From: Eledone cirrhosa
Taxonomy: Eukaryota
Direction: 5' to 3'
DNA length: 64,000 bases
Assembly (NCBI GenBank): GCA_964016885.1
Contig: OZ024766.1
Span: forward strand, 18,290,001-18,354,000
Every line of letters starts with the position of its first letter. Positions within the stretch are counted from its first letter, which is position 1. A program made the position numbers and the translations under genes. Of the stretch, positions 25,736-40,600 are shown one piece after another. The notes beneath the pieces were generated by a model, which made no database searches, was not told the DNA's origin, and saw only the letters and a program-made list of their open reading frames with translations.

Positions 25736-25880
25736 AGTGTGTGTGTGTGTGGAAAGTTATATTTAAATTGTTGGGTTAACAACGAGTAAATATTTATAAC
25801 TGATATAAAAGCACTCAACAAGTATTTGGAGTATATTTATGATATTAAATAAATGGAAACTATATTTATAAAACCATATT

Positions 25881-25946
25881 TATTTTGTTATATATATTTC
25901 AGGGATATCATATTAACAATATGTTATGCCATCTTCAGACAAAATA
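25881..25946 (-). ncRNA. Type I hammerhead ribozyme motif (left arm of an inverted repeat)
   Basis: Reverse complement of 26068-26133. Confidence 0.68.
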
Positions 25947-26067
25947 CAATATAAACAGTCTTATAAATAAATAGATACAACATACCTTTCAATCACCTTC
26001 AACCTCACAAATGGAAGGTGATTGAAAGGTATGTCGTATCTATTTATTTATAAGACTGTTTATATTG

Positions 26068-26133
26068 TATTTTGTCTGAAGATGGCATAACATATTGTTA
26101 ATATGATATCCCTGAAATATATATAACAAAATA
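26068..26133 (+). ncRNA. Type I hammerhead ribozyme motif (right arm)
   Basis: tattttgt-CTGAAGA-tggcataacatatt/aatatgatatccct-GAAA-tatata-TA-acaaaata; perfect 8-bp stem I. Confidence 0.68.
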
Positions 26134-26173
26134 AATATGGTTTTATAAATATAGTTTCCATTTATTTAATATC

Positions 26174-26210
<37 letters not shown>

Positions 26211-26362
26211 TCAGGAGGAGGGGGGCATATTGGCAGTATGCCCCTCCCAAAGTATAACAAAATCTGTTTCAACACACATTTTCAAATAAGAAATCTTGCA
26301 AAACAAACTGAAAAACGAGTTATATCAACATCTATGTATGTGTGTGTATATGTATATATATA

Positions 26363-26393
<31 letters not shown>

Positions 26394-26480
26394 GTTTGGG
26401 TATATATATGTGTGTGTGTGTATATATATATATGTGTGTGTGTGTGTATATATATATGTGTGTGTGTATATATATATATA

Positions 26481-26511
<31 letters not shown>

Positions 26512-26688
26512 GTGCGTATATAACAGGTTGTTGCCTCTTATGCAATGACCTGAATATTGAAACCACCTGACATGGTTGGTATCGTTGCAATGACCTGTGT
26601 GTGTGCGCGCGTGCATGTGCATGCGTGCGTGTGCGTGTGTGTATATATATATATATATATTTAATATCGTATATATATATATATATAT

Positions 26689-28030
26689 GGAGGCACATGG
26701 CTTAGTGGTTAGAGCATTGGCCTTGCAATCGAAAGGTTGTGAGTTCAATTCTCAGACCGGGTGATGTGTTGTTTCCTTGAGCAAGACACTTTATTTCACA
26801 TAGCTCCAGTTTACTCAGCTGTAGAAATGAGATGATAGGGACTGGTGTCCCTATCATTCCACTGCAAAGTGGTCGTGGAGGTGCCACGGCAAAAAAGCAC
26901 CCAGCCCTCACTGTAAAGTGGTCGTGGAGGTGCCACGGCAAAAAAGCACCCAGCCCTCACTGTAAAGTGGTCGTGGAGGTGCCACAGCAAAAAAGCACCC
27001 AGCACTCACTGTAAAGTGGTCGTGGAGGTGCCACGGCAAAAAAGCACCCAGCCCACACTGTAAAGTGGTCGTGGAGGTGCCACGGCAAAAAAGCACCCAG
27101 CCCTCACTGTAAAGTGGTCGTGGAGGTGCCACAGCAAAAAAGCACCCAGCACTCACTGTAAAGTGGTCGTGGAGGTGCCACGGCAAAAAAGCACCCAGCA
27201 CTCACTGTAAAGTGGACGTGGAGGTGCCACGGCAAAAAAGCACCCAGCACTCACTGTAAAGTGGTCGTGGAGGTGCCACAGCAAAAAAGCACCCAGTACT
27301 CACTGTAAAGTGGACGTGGAGGTGCCACGGCAAAAAAGCACCCAGCACTCACTGTAAAGTGGTCGTGGAGGTACCACGGCAAAAAAGCACCCAGCACTCA
27401 CTGTAAAGTGGTCGTGGAGGTGCCACAGCAAAAAAGCACCCAGCCCACACTGTAAAGTGGTCGTGGAGGTGCCACAGCAAAAAAGCACCCAGCACTCACT
27501 GTAAAGTAGTCGTGGAGGTGTCACGGCAAAAAAGCACCCAGCACACACTGTAAAGTGGTCGTGGAGGTGCCACGACAAAAAAGCAGCCAGCACTCACTGT
27601 AAAGTGGTCGTGGAGGTGCCACAGCAAAAAAGCACCCAGCACTCACTGTAAAGTGGTCGTGGAGGTGCCACGGCAAAAAAGCACCCAGCACACACTGTAA
27701 AGTGGTCGTGGAGGTGCCACGACAAAAAAGCAGCCAGCACTCACTGTAAAGTGGTCGTGGAGGTGCCACAGCAAAAAAGCACCCAGCACTCACTGTAAAG
27801 TGGTCGTGGAGGTGCCACGGCAAAAAAAGCACCCAGCACTCACTGTAAAGTGGTCGTGGAGGTGCCACGGCAAAAAAAGCACCCAGCACTCACTGTAAAG
27901 TGGTCGTGGAGGTGCCACGGCAAAAAAAGCACCCAGCACTCACTGTAAAGTGGTCGTGGAGGTGCCACAGCAAAAAAGCAGCCAGCACTCACTGTAAAGT
28001 GGTCGTGGAGGTGCCACGGCAAAAAAAGCA
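26689..28030 (+). mobile_element. 3'-truncated SINE copy with ~24 49-bp units
   Basis: Head at 26689; array ~26860-28030. Confidence 0.9.
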
Positions 28031-28144
28031 CTATATATATATATATATATATATATTTTATCCAAATTATTGAGCCCTCTGCCACACTTATCGGATATTG
28101 TTTATCGTTAATTCGTGAGCTGTTTTTCCGATTCTCGATTATTC

Positions 28145-28188
<44 letters not shown>

Positions 28189-28189
28189 T

Positions 28190-28305
28190 GAAGGCGTGTG
28201 GCTGAGTGGTTAGGGAATTGGATTCGCAATCGTAAGGTTGTGAGTTCGATTCCTGGACCAGGTGATGCGTTATGTCCTTGAGCAAGACACTTTATTTCAC
28301 GTTGC
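28190..28305 (+). mobile_element. Truncated tRNA-SINE head (diverged subfamily)
   Basis: TGGCTGAGTGG ... GAGTTCGATTCC ... gtccttgagcaagacacttt. Confidence 0.75.
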
Positions 28306-28405
28306 TTCTTCTACCTGGAGTTGCGACCGATAGATAGTATTAGCAATTGGAAAGACCAACGGAAACATTGTTTCCTCGGTCCGATTTGACGAAAGTCGAT
28401 CGACT

Positions 28406-28511
<106 letters not shown>

Positions 28512-28514
28512 AAG

Positions 28515-28597
<83 letters not shown>

Positions 28598-28622
28598 TAG
28601 AGAGAGAGAGAGAGAGAGAGAG

Positions 28623-28655
<33 letters not shown>

Positions 28656-30190
28656 CAACAATTTTATTAGTTCATTTTATATTTTATTGATTTATTCACT
28701 GAAGATGTCAGCTGTCTGTCTATCTGTAGACAGACAGACATATACATACTGTCACATATACAAGCTGACACACACACACACACACTAACATACAGACATA
28801 TACACAGACTTATATTCACACAAACACACACACATATATATACTAACATACACACAGACACATACATACAAACACACACTGACATACAAACACACACACA
28901 GACATTCTGACACACACACACACACACATATATACTAACATACACACTGACATACAAACACACACACAGACATACATACTGACACACAGACACATACATA
29001 CCAACACACACAGACACACACACATATATATACTAACATACACACAGACACATACATACAAACACACACACACAGACATACAAACACACACACACATATA
29101 TATACTAACACACACACTGACATACAAACACACACACAGACATACATACTGACACACACACACACAGACACATACATACCAACACACACAGACACACACA
29201 CATATATATACTAACATACACACAGACATACAAACACACACACATATATATACTAACACACACACACACATACATACATACTGACACACACATATATACT
29301 AACACACACACACACAAAAAAGAAAAAATAACAAAAAAATAAATATAATAAAAGACTTTAATAATAATAATGAAAGCACCCCCCCCCAGTCTCTCCACTC
29401 CCGGCCCCCACCTCTTAAACCAAAATCCTTCTCTCCCTTTCTCAAATACACACATACACACACACACACATATACACACACATGCATATATACATACATA
29501 CACACACATGCATATATACATACAAACACACACACACACATATACACATGCATATATACATACATACACACATATACATACATACACACACACATACATA
29601 CACATACATATATACATACATGCACACACACACACACATATATACATACAAACACACACACACACATAGACACACACATGCATATATATACACACACATA
29701 CGTACACAGGCATATATACACACACACACTCATATATACACACATGCATATATACACACACACACTTATAGACACACACATACACACACAGGCATATATA
29801 CACACATGCATATATACACACACAGGCATATATACACACATGCATATATACACACACACGCATATATACACACACACGCATATATACACACACATACATA
29901 CACACATGCATATATACACACACACACACTTATAGACACACACATACACACACAGGCATATATACACACATGCATATATACACACACACACACTATTTTC
30001 AACACCGCCCCCACTCAACTTCCACACCACCACCACCACCACACCACACCACTCCATCCATACCAACCACCACTGCCACGCCACCACCACACCACACCAC
30101 ACCAGCCACTGCCCCCACACCATTCCAAGTATGCCCACCACCACCACCACCACCACCACCACCCCCTACTCCATCCATGACCACCACACA

Positions 30191-30306
30191 CTACATGTAC
30201 TTCATCATCCAGTGAGGTTCCTTCTCCGAGATACGCTCAATAATGAGGTTCACCTGGACACACAGACTCTGGATTTGTTTGTCCCAGTTAGGGAGAGCTT
30301 CGTGGG
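30191..30306 (-). CDS. COPS4: COP9 signalosome subunit 4, last coding exon: (T)[37 protein letters not shown]
   Basis: ttttcAG acceptor, TAG stop at 30193-30191; matches human [26 protein letters not shown]. Confidence 0.95.
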
Positions 30307-30364
30307 CTGAAAATAGACAATTACAGACACAGATATAAATAAATATATATATATATGTATATAT

Positions 30365-31040
30365 GGAGGCACATGGCTTAGTGGTTAGAGCGTTGGCATT
30401 GCAATCGAAAGGTTGTGAGTTCAATTCTCAGACCGGGTAATGTGTTGTTTCCTTGAGCAAGACACTTTATTTCACATTGCTTCAGTTTACTCAGCTGTAG
30501 AAATGAGATGATAGGGACTGGGGTCCTTATCATTCCACTGTAAAGTGGATGTGGGGGTGCCACGGCAAAAAAGCACCCAGCCCTCACTGTAAAGTGGTCG
30601 TGGAGGTGCCACAGCAAAAAAAAGCACCCAGCACTCACTGTAAAGTGGTCGTGGAGGTGCCACGGCAAGAAAGCACCCAGCACTCACTGTAAAGTGGTCG
30701 TGGAGGTGCCACAGCAAAAAAGCACCCAGCACTCACTGTAAAGTGGTCGTGGAGGTGCCACAGCAAAAAAAAGCACCCAACACTCACTGTAAAGTGGTCG
30801 TGGAGGTGCCACAGCAAAAAAGCACCCAACACTCACTGTAAAGTGGTCGTGGAGGTGCCACGGCAAAAACGCACCCAGCCCACACTGTATAGTGGTCGTG
30901 GAGGTCCCACAGAAAAAAAATCACCCAGCACTCACTGTAAATGAGGTTGGTGTTAGGAAGGGCATCCAGCTGTAGAAATCAAGCCAGGATCAGTTCCTGT
31001 CCCACCCTTGCAAGCAGGGAAAAGTGGACGTAAAATGAAA
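30365..31040 (+). mobile_element. SINE copy with ~8 49-bp units
   Basis: Family head, units and tail. Confidence 0.9.
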
Positions 31041-31072
31041 ATGAATGAAAATGAAATAAGGGAGAGCTTAGT

Positions 31073-31607
31073 GGAGGCACATGGCTTAGTGGTTAGAGCA
31101 TTGGCCTTGCAATCGAAAGGTTGTGAGTTCAATTCTCAGACCGGGTGATGTGTTGTTTCCTTGAGCAAGACACTTTATTTCACATTGCTCCAGTTTACTC
31201 AGCTGTAGAAATGAGATGATAGAGACTGGGGTCCCTATCATTCCACTGTAAAGTGGTCGTGGAGGGGCCACGGCAAAAAAGCACCCAGCCCTCAATGTAA
31301 AGTGGTCGTGGAGGTGCCACGGCAAGAAAGCACCCAGCACTCACTGTAAAGTGGTCGTGGAGGGGCCACGGCAAAAAAGCACCCAGCCCTCAATGTAAAG
31401 TGGTCGTGGAGGTGCCACGGCAGAAAAGCACCCAGCACTCACTGTAAACGTGGTTGGTGTTAGGAAGGGCATCCAGCCGTAGAAAACCCACCAGACAGTC
31501 CTATGTGAGCAAGACAACCACTCTTGCCTCAAGTGGGAAAACTCCCGTCGAAACCCATGCAAGCGTGGAAGATGGATGTTAAACGATGATGATGATGATG
31601 ATGATGA
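31073..31607 (+). mobile_element. SINE copy with ~4 units and an alternative 3' tail
   Basis: Same head; tail ...aaacccatgcaagcgtggaagatggatgttaaac(gat)n as at 21300-21365. Confidence 0.88.
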
Positions 31608-31694
31608 TAAAAATAAGAAAACTCAACGCTAGGAGAGCCTTTAAAACAGCTAAGTGTTGTCAAAGACAGCGATGGGCAAATATGCCTCAGAGTA

Positions 31695-34600
31695 GAGAGA
31701 CCAGTGGTCAGTGGTCAACACTCTACAAGGTGGGTGACAGGCAGATGAAATATAATGTCTCATAAGACAGAGACCAGTGGTCAACAGAGAGACAGTCCAC
31801 AAGGTGGGTGACAGGCAGATGAAATATAATGTCTCATAAGACAGAGACCAGTGGTCAACAGAGAGACAGTCCACAAGGTGGGTGACAGGCAGATGAAATA
31901 TAATGTCTCATAAGACAGAGACCAGTGGTCAACAGAGAGACAGTCCACAAGGTGGGTGACAGGCAGATGAAATATAATGTCTCATAAGACAGAGACCAGT
32001 GGTCATCAGAGAGACAGTCCACAAGGTGGGTGACAGGCAGATGAAATATAATGTCTCATAAGACAGAGACCAGTGGTCAACAGAGAGACAGTCCACAAGG
32101 TGGGTGACAGGCAGATGAAATATAATGTCTCATAAGACAGAGACCAGTGGTCATCAGAGAGACAGTCCACAAGGTGGGTGACAGGCAGATGAAATATAAT
32201 GTCTCATAAGACAGAGACCAGTGGTCAACAGAGAGACAGTCCACAAGGTGGGTGACAGGCAGATGAAATATAATGTCTCATAAGACAGAGACCAGTGGTC
32301 AACAGAGAGACAGTCCACAAGGTGGGTGACAGGCAAATGAAATATAATGTCTCATAAGACAGAGACCAGTGGTCAACAGAGAGACAGTCCACAAGGTGGG
32401 TGACAGGCAAATGAAATATAATGTCTCATAAGACAGAGACCAGTGGTCAACAGAGAGACAGTCCACAAGATGGGTGACAGGCAGATGATATATAATGTCT
32501 CATAAGACAGAGACCAGTGGTCAACAGAGAGACAGTCCACAAGGTGGGTGACAGGCAGATGATATATAATGTCTCATAAGACAGAGACCAGTGGTCAACA
32601 GAGAGACAGTCCACAAGGTGGGTGACAGGCAGATGAAATATAATGTCTCATAAGACAGAGACCAGTGGTCAACAGAGAGACAGTCCACAAGGTGGGTGAC
32701 AGGCAGATGAAATATAATGTCTCATAAGACAGAGACCAGTGGTCAACAGAGAGACAGTCCACAAGGTGGGTGACAGGCAGATGAAATATAATGTCTCATA
32801 AGACAGAGACCAGTGGTCAACAGAGAGACAGTCCACAAGATGGGTGACAGGCAGATGATATATAATGTCTCATAAGACAGAGACCAGTGGTCAACAGAGA
32901 GACAGTCCACAAGGTGGGTGACAGGCAGATGATATATAATGTCTCATAAGACAGAGACCAGTGGTCAACAGAGAGACAGTCCACAAGGTGGGTGACAGGC
33001 AGATGATATATAATGTCTCATAAGACAGAGACCAGTGGTCAACAGAGAGACAGTCCACAAGATGGGTGACAGGCAGATGATATATAATGTCTCATAAGAC
33101 AGAGACCAGTGGTCAACAGAGAGACAGTCCACAAGGTGGGTGACAGGCAGATGAAATATAATGTCTCATAAGACAGAGACCAGTGGTCAACAGAGAGACA
33201 GTCCACAAGGTGGGTGACAGGCAGATGAAATATAATGTCTCATAAGACAGAGACCAGTGGTCAACAGAGAGACAGTCCACAAGGTGGGTGACAGGCAGAT
33301 GAAATATAATGTCTCATAAGACAGAGACCAGTGGTCAACAGTCCACAAGGTGGGTGACAGGCAGATGAAATATAATGTCTCATAAGACAGAGACCAGCGG
33401 TCAGTGGTCAACAGAGAGACAGTCCACAAGGTGGGTGACAGGCAGATGATATATAATGTCTCATAAGACAGAGACCAGTGGTCAACAGAGAGACAGTCCA
33501 CAAGGTGGGTGACAGGCAGATGAAATATAATGTCTCATAAGACAGAGACCAGTGGTCAACAGAGAGACAGTCCACAAGGTGGGTGACAGGCAGATGATAT
33601 ATGTCTCATAAGACAGAGACCAGTGGTCAACAGAGAGACAGTCCACAAGGTGGGTGACAGGCAGATGAAATATAATGTCTCATAAGACAGAGACCAGTGG
33701 TCAACAGAGAGACAGTCCACAAGGTGGGTGACAGGCAGATGATATATAATGTCTCATAAGACAGAGACCAGTGGTCAACAGAGAGACAGTCCACAAGGTG
33801 GGTGACAGGCAGATGAAATATAATGTCTCATAAGACAGAGACCAGTGGTCAACAGAGAGACAGTCCACAAGGTGGGTGACAGGCAGATGATATATAATGT
33901 CTCATAAGACAGAGACCAGTGGTCAACAGAGAGACAGTCCACAAGGTGGGTGACAGGCAGATGAAATATAATGTCTCATAAGACAGAGACCAGTGGTCAA
34001 CAGAGAGACAGTCCACAAGGTGGGTGACAGGCAGATGAAATATGTCTCATAAGACAGAGACCAGTGGTCAACAGAGAGACAGTCCACAAGGTGGGTGACA
34101 GGCAGATGATATATAATGTCTCATAAGACAGAGACCAGTGGTCAACAGAGAGACAGTCCACAAGGTGGGTGACAGGCAGATGAAATATAATGTCTCATAA
34201 GACAGAGACCAGTGGTCAACAGAGAGACAGTCCACAAGGTGGGTGACAGGCAGATGATATATAATGTCTCATAAGACAGAGACCAGTGGTCAACAGAGAG
34301 ACAGTCCACAAGGTGGGTGACAGGCAGATGAAATATAATGTCTCATAAGACAGAGACCAGTGGTCAACAGAGAGACAGTCCACAAGGTGGGTGACAGGCA
34401 GATGAAATATAATGTCTCATAAGACAGAGACCAGTGGTCAACAGAGAGACAGTCCACAAGGTGGGTGACAGGCAGATGAAATATAATGTCTCATAAGACA
34501 GAGACCAGTGGTCAACAGAGAGACAGTCCACAAGGTGGGTGACAGGCAGATGATATATAATGTCTCATAAGACAGAGACCAGTGGTCAACAGAGAGACAG

Positions 34601-37600
34601 TCCACAAGGTGGGTGACAGGCAGATGAAATATAATGTCTCATAAGACAGAGACCAGTGGTCAACAGAGAGACAGTCCACAAGGTGGGTGACAGGCAGATG
34701 AAATAATGTCTCATAAGACAGAGACCAGTGGTCAACAGAGAGACAGTCCACAAGGTGGGTGACAGGCAGATGATATATAATGTCTCATAAGACAGAGACC
34801 AGTGGTCAACAGAGAGACAGTCCACAAGGTGGGTGACAGGCAGATGAAATATAATGTCTCATAAGACAGAGACCAGTGGTCAACAGAGAGACAGTCCACA
34901 AGGTGGGTGACAGGCAGATGATATATAATGTCTCATAAGACAGAGACCAGTGGTCAACAGAGAGACAGTCCACAAGGTGGGTGACAGGCAGATGAAATAT
35001 AATGTCTCATAAGACAGAGACCAGTGGTCAACAGAGAGACAGTCCACAAGGTGGGTGACAGGCAGATGAAATATAATGTCTCATAAGACAGAGACCAGTG
35101 GTCAACAGAGAGACAGTCCACAAGGTGGGTGACAGGCAGATGAAATATAATGTCTCATAAGACAGAGACCAGTGGTCAACAGTCCACAAGGTGGGTGACA
35201 GGCAGATGAAATATAATGTCTCATAAGACAGAGACCAGTGGTCAACAGAGAGACAGTCCACAAGGTGGGTGACAGGCAGATGAAATATAATGTCTCAGAG
35301 ACCAGTGACCAGTGGTCAACAGAGAGACAGTCCACAAGGTGGGTGACAGGTAGATGATATATAATGTCTCAGAGACCAGTGACCAGTGGTCAACAGAGAG
35401 ACAGTCCACAAGGTGGGTGACAGGCAGATGAAATATAATGTCTCATAAGACAGAGACCAGTGGTCAACAGAGAGACAGTCCACAAGGTGGGTGACAGGTA
35501 GATGATATATAATGTCTCATAAGACAGAGACCAGTGGTCAACAGAGAGACAGTCCACAAGGTGGGTGACAGGCAGATGAAATATAATGTCTCATAAGACA
35601 GAGACCAGTGGTCAACAGAGAGACAGTCCACAAGGTGGGTGACAGGTAGATGATATATAATGTCTCATAAGACAGAGACCAGTGGTCAACAGAGAGACAG
35701 TCCACAAGGTGGGTGACAGGCAGATGAAATATAATGTCTCATAAGACAGAGACCAGTGGTCAACAGAGAGACAGTCCACAAGGTGGGTGACAGGCAGATG
35801 ATATATAATGTCTCATAAGACAGAGACCAGTGGTCAACAGAGAGACAGTCCACAAGGTGGGTGACAGGCAGATGAAATATAATGTCTCATAAGACAGAGA
35901 CCAGTGGTCAACAGAGAGACAGTCCACAAGGTGGGTGACAGGCAGATGAAATATAATGTCTCATAAGACAGAGACCAGTGGTCAACAGAGAGACAGTCCA
36001 CAAGGTGGGTGACAGGTAGATGATATATAATGTCTCATAAGACAGAGACCAGTGGTCAACAGAGAGACAGTCCACAAGGTGGGTGACAGGCAGATGAAAT
36101 ATAATGTCTCATAAGACAGAGACCAGTGGTCAACAGAGAGACAGTCCACAAGGTGGGTGACAGGCAGATGATATATAATGTCTCATAAGACAGAGACCAG
36201 TGGTCAACAGAGAGACAGTCCACAAGGTGGGTGACAGGCAGATGAAATATAATGTCTCATAAGACAGAGACCAGTGGTCAACAGAGAGACAGTCCACAAG
36301 GTGGGTGACAGGTAGATGATATATAATGTCTCATAAGACAGAGACCAGTGGTCAACAGAGAGACAGTCCACAAGGTGGGTGACAGGCAGATGAAATATAA
36401 TGTCTCATAAGACAGAGACCAGTGGTCAACAGAGAGACAGTCCACAAGGTGGGTGACAGGCAGATGAAATATAATGTCTCATAAGACAGAGACCAGTGGT
36501 CAACAGAGAGACAGTCCACAAGGTGGGTGACAGGCAGATGAAATATGTCTCATAAGACAGAGACCAGTGGTCAACAGAGAGACAGTCCACAAGGTGGGTG
36601 ACAGGCAGATGATATATAATGTCTCATAAGACTGAGACCAGTGGTCAACAGAGAGACAGTCCACAAGGTGGGTGACAGGCAGATGATATATAATGTCTCA
36701 TAAGACAGAGACCAGTGGTCAACAGAGAGACAGTCCACAAGGTGGGTGACAGGCAGATGATATATAATGTCTCAGAGGACAGAGACCAGTGGTCAACAGA
36801 GAGACAGTCCACAAGGTGGGTGACAGGCAGATGAAATATAATGTCTCATAAGACAGAGACCAGTGGTCAACAGAGAGACAATATACAAGGTGGGTGACAG
36901 GTAGATGAAATATAATGTCTCATAAGACAGAGACCAGTGGTCAACAGAGAGACAGTCCACAAGGTGGGTGACAGGCAGATGAAATATAATGTCTCATAAG
37001 ACAGAGACCAGTGGTCAACAGAGAGACAGTCCACAAGGTGGGTGACAGGTAGATGAAATATAATGTCTCATAAGACAGAGACCAGTGGTCAACAGAGAGA
37101 CAGTCCACAAGGTGGGTGACAGGCAGATGAAATATAATGTCTCATAAGACAGAGACCAGTGGTCAACAGAGAGACAGTCCACAAGGTGGGTGACAGGCAG
37201 ATGAAATATAATGTCTCATAAGACAGAGACCAGTGGTCAACAGAGAGACAGTCCACAAGGTGGGTGACAGGCAGATGAAATATAATGTCTCATAAGACAG
37301 AGACCAGTGGTCAACAGTCCACAAGGTGGGTGACAGGCAGATGAAATATAATGTCTCATAAGACAGAGACCAGTGGTCAACAGAGAGACAGTCCACAAGG
37401 TGGGTGACAGGCAGATGAAATATGTCTCATAAGACAGAGACCAGTGGTCAACAGAGAGACAGTCCACAAGGTGGGTGACAGGCAGATGAAATATAATGTC
37501 TCATAAGACAGAGACCAGTGGTCAACAGAGAGACAGTCCACAAGGTGGGTGACAGGCAGATGAAATATAATGTCTCATAAGACAGAGACCAGTGGTCAAC

Positions 37601-40600
37601 AGAGAGACAGTCTACAAGGTGGGTGACAGGCAGATGAAATATAATGTCTCATAAGACAGAGACCAGTGGTCAACAGAGAGACAGTCCACAAGGTGGGTGA
37701 CAGGCAGATGAAATATAATGTCTCATAAGACAGAGACCAGTGGTCAACAGAGAGACAGTCCACAAGGTGGGTGACAGGCAGATGAAATATAATGTCTCAT
37801 AAGACAGAGACCAGTGGTCAACAGAGAGACAGTCCACAAGGTGGGTGACAGGCAGATGAAATATAATGTCTCATAAGACAGAGACCAGTGGTCAACAGAG
37901 AGACAGTCCACAAGGTGGGTGACAGGCAGATGAAATATAATGTCTCATAAGACAGAGACCAGTGGTCAACAGAGAGACAGTCCACAAGGTGGGTGACAGG
38001 CAGATGAAATATAATGTCTCATAAGACAGAGACCAGTGGTCAACAGTCCACAAGGTGGGTGACAGGCAGATGAAATATAATGTCTCATAAGACAGAGACC
38101 AGTGGTCAACAGAGAGACAGTCCACAAGGTGGGTGACAGGCAGATGAAATATAATGTCTCATAAGACAGAGACCAGTGGTCAACAGAGAGACAGTCCACA
38201 AGGTGGGTGACAGGCAGATGATATATAATGTCTCATAAGACAGAGACCAGTGGTCAACAGAGAGACAATATACAAGGTGGGTGACAAGCAGATGAAATAT
38301 AATGTCTCATAAGACAGAGACCAGTGGTCAACAGAGAGACAGTCCACAAGGTGGGTGACAGGCAGATGATATATAATGTCTCATAAGACAGAGACCAGTG
38401 GTCAACAGAGAGACAGTCCACAAGGTGGGTGACAGGCAGATGAAATATAATGTCTCATAAGACAGAGACCAGTGGTCAACAGAGAGACAGTCCACAAGGT
38501 GGGTGACAGGCAGATGATATATAATGTCTCATAAGACAGAGACCAGTGGTCAACAGAGAGACAATATACAAGGTGGGTGACAAGCAGATGAAATATAATG
38601 TCTCATAAGACAGAGACCAGTGGTCAACAGAGAGACAGTCCACAAGGTGGGTGACAGGCAGATGAAATATAATGTCTCATAAGACAGAGACCAGTGGTCA
38701 ACAGAGAGACAATATACAAGGTGGGTGACAAGCAGATGAAATATAATGTCTCATAAGACAGAGACCAGTGGTCAACAGAGAGACAGTCCACAAGGTGGGT
38801 GACAGGCAGATGATATATAATGTCTCATAAGACAGAGACCAGTGGTCAACAGAGAGACAGTCCACAAGGTGGGTGACAGGCAGATGAAATATAATGTCTC
38901 ATAAGACAGAGACCAGTGGTCAACAGAGAGACAGTCCACAAGGTGGGTGACAGGCAGATGAAATATAATGTCTCATAAGACAGAGACCAGTGGTCAACAG
39001 AGAGACAGTCCACAAGGTGGGTGACAGGCAGATGAAATATAATGTCTCATAAGACAGAGACCAGTGGTCAACAGTCCACAAGGTGGGTGACAGGCAGATG
39101 AAATATAATGTCTCATAAGACAGAGACCAGTGGTCAACAGAGAGACAGTCCACAAGGTGGGTGACAGGCAGATGAAATATAATGTCTCAGAGACCAGTGA
39201 CCAGTGGTCAACAGAGAGACAGTCCACAAGGTGGGTGACAGGTAGATGATATATAATGTCTCAGAGACCAGTGACCAGTGGTCAACAGAGAGACAGTCCA
39301 CAAGGTGGGTGACAGGCAGATGAAATATAATGTCTCATAAGACAGAGACCAGTGGTCAACAGAGAGACAGTCCACAAGGTGGGTGACAGGTAGATGATAT
39401 ATAATGTCTCATAAGACAGAGACCAGTGGTCAACAGAGAGACAGTCCACAAGGTGGGTGACAGGCAGATGAAATATAATGTCTCATAAGACAGAGACCAG
39501 TGGTCAACAGAGAGACAGTCCACAAGGTGGGTGACAGGTAGATGATATATAATGTCTCATAAGACAGAGACCAGTGGTCAACAGAGAGACAGTCCACAAG
39601 GTGGGTGACAGGCAGATGAAATATAATGTCTCATAAGACAGAGACCAGTGGTCAACAGAGAGACAGTCCACAAGGTGGGTGACAGGCAGATGATATATAA
39701 TGTCTCATAAGACAGAGACCAGTGGTCAACAGAGAGACAGTCCACAAGGTGGGTGACAGGCAGATGAAATATAATGTCTCATAAGACAGAGACCAGTGGT
39801 CAACAGAGAGACAGTCCACAAGGTGGGTGACAGGCAGATGAAATATAATGTCTCATAAGACAGAGACCAGTGGTCAACAGAGAGACAGTCCACAAGGTGG
39901 GTGACAGGTAGATGATATATAATGTCTCATAAGACAGAGACCAGTGGTCAACAGAGAGACAGTCCACAAGGTGGGTGACAGGCAGATGAAATATAATGTC
40001 TCATAAGACAGAGACCAGTGGTCAACAGAGAGACAGTCCACAAGGTGGGTGACAGGCAGATGATATATAATGTCTCATAAGACAGAGACCAGTGGTCAAC
40101 AGAGAGACAGTCCACAAGGTGGGTGACAGGCAGATGAAATATAATGTCTCATAAGACAGAGACCAGTGGTCAACAGAGAGACAGTCCACAAGGTGGGTGA
40201 CAGGTAGATGATATATAATGTCTCATAAGACAGAGACCAGTGGTCAACAGAGAGACAGTCCACAAGGTGGGTGACAGGCAGATGAAATATAATGTCTCAT
40301 AAGACAGAGACCAGTGGTCAACAGAGAGACAGTCCACAAGGTGGGTGACAGGCAGATGAAATATAATGTCTCATAAGACAGAGACCAGTGGTCAACAGAG
40401 AGACAGTCCACAAGGTGGGTGACAGGCAGATGAAATATGTCTCATAAGACAGAGACCAGTGGTCAACAGAGAGACAGTCCACAAGGTGGGTGACAGGCAG
40501 ATGATATATAATGTCTCATAAGACTGAGACCAGTGGTCAACAGAGAGACAGTCCACAAGGTGGGTGACAGGCAGATGATATATAATGTCTCATAAGACAG

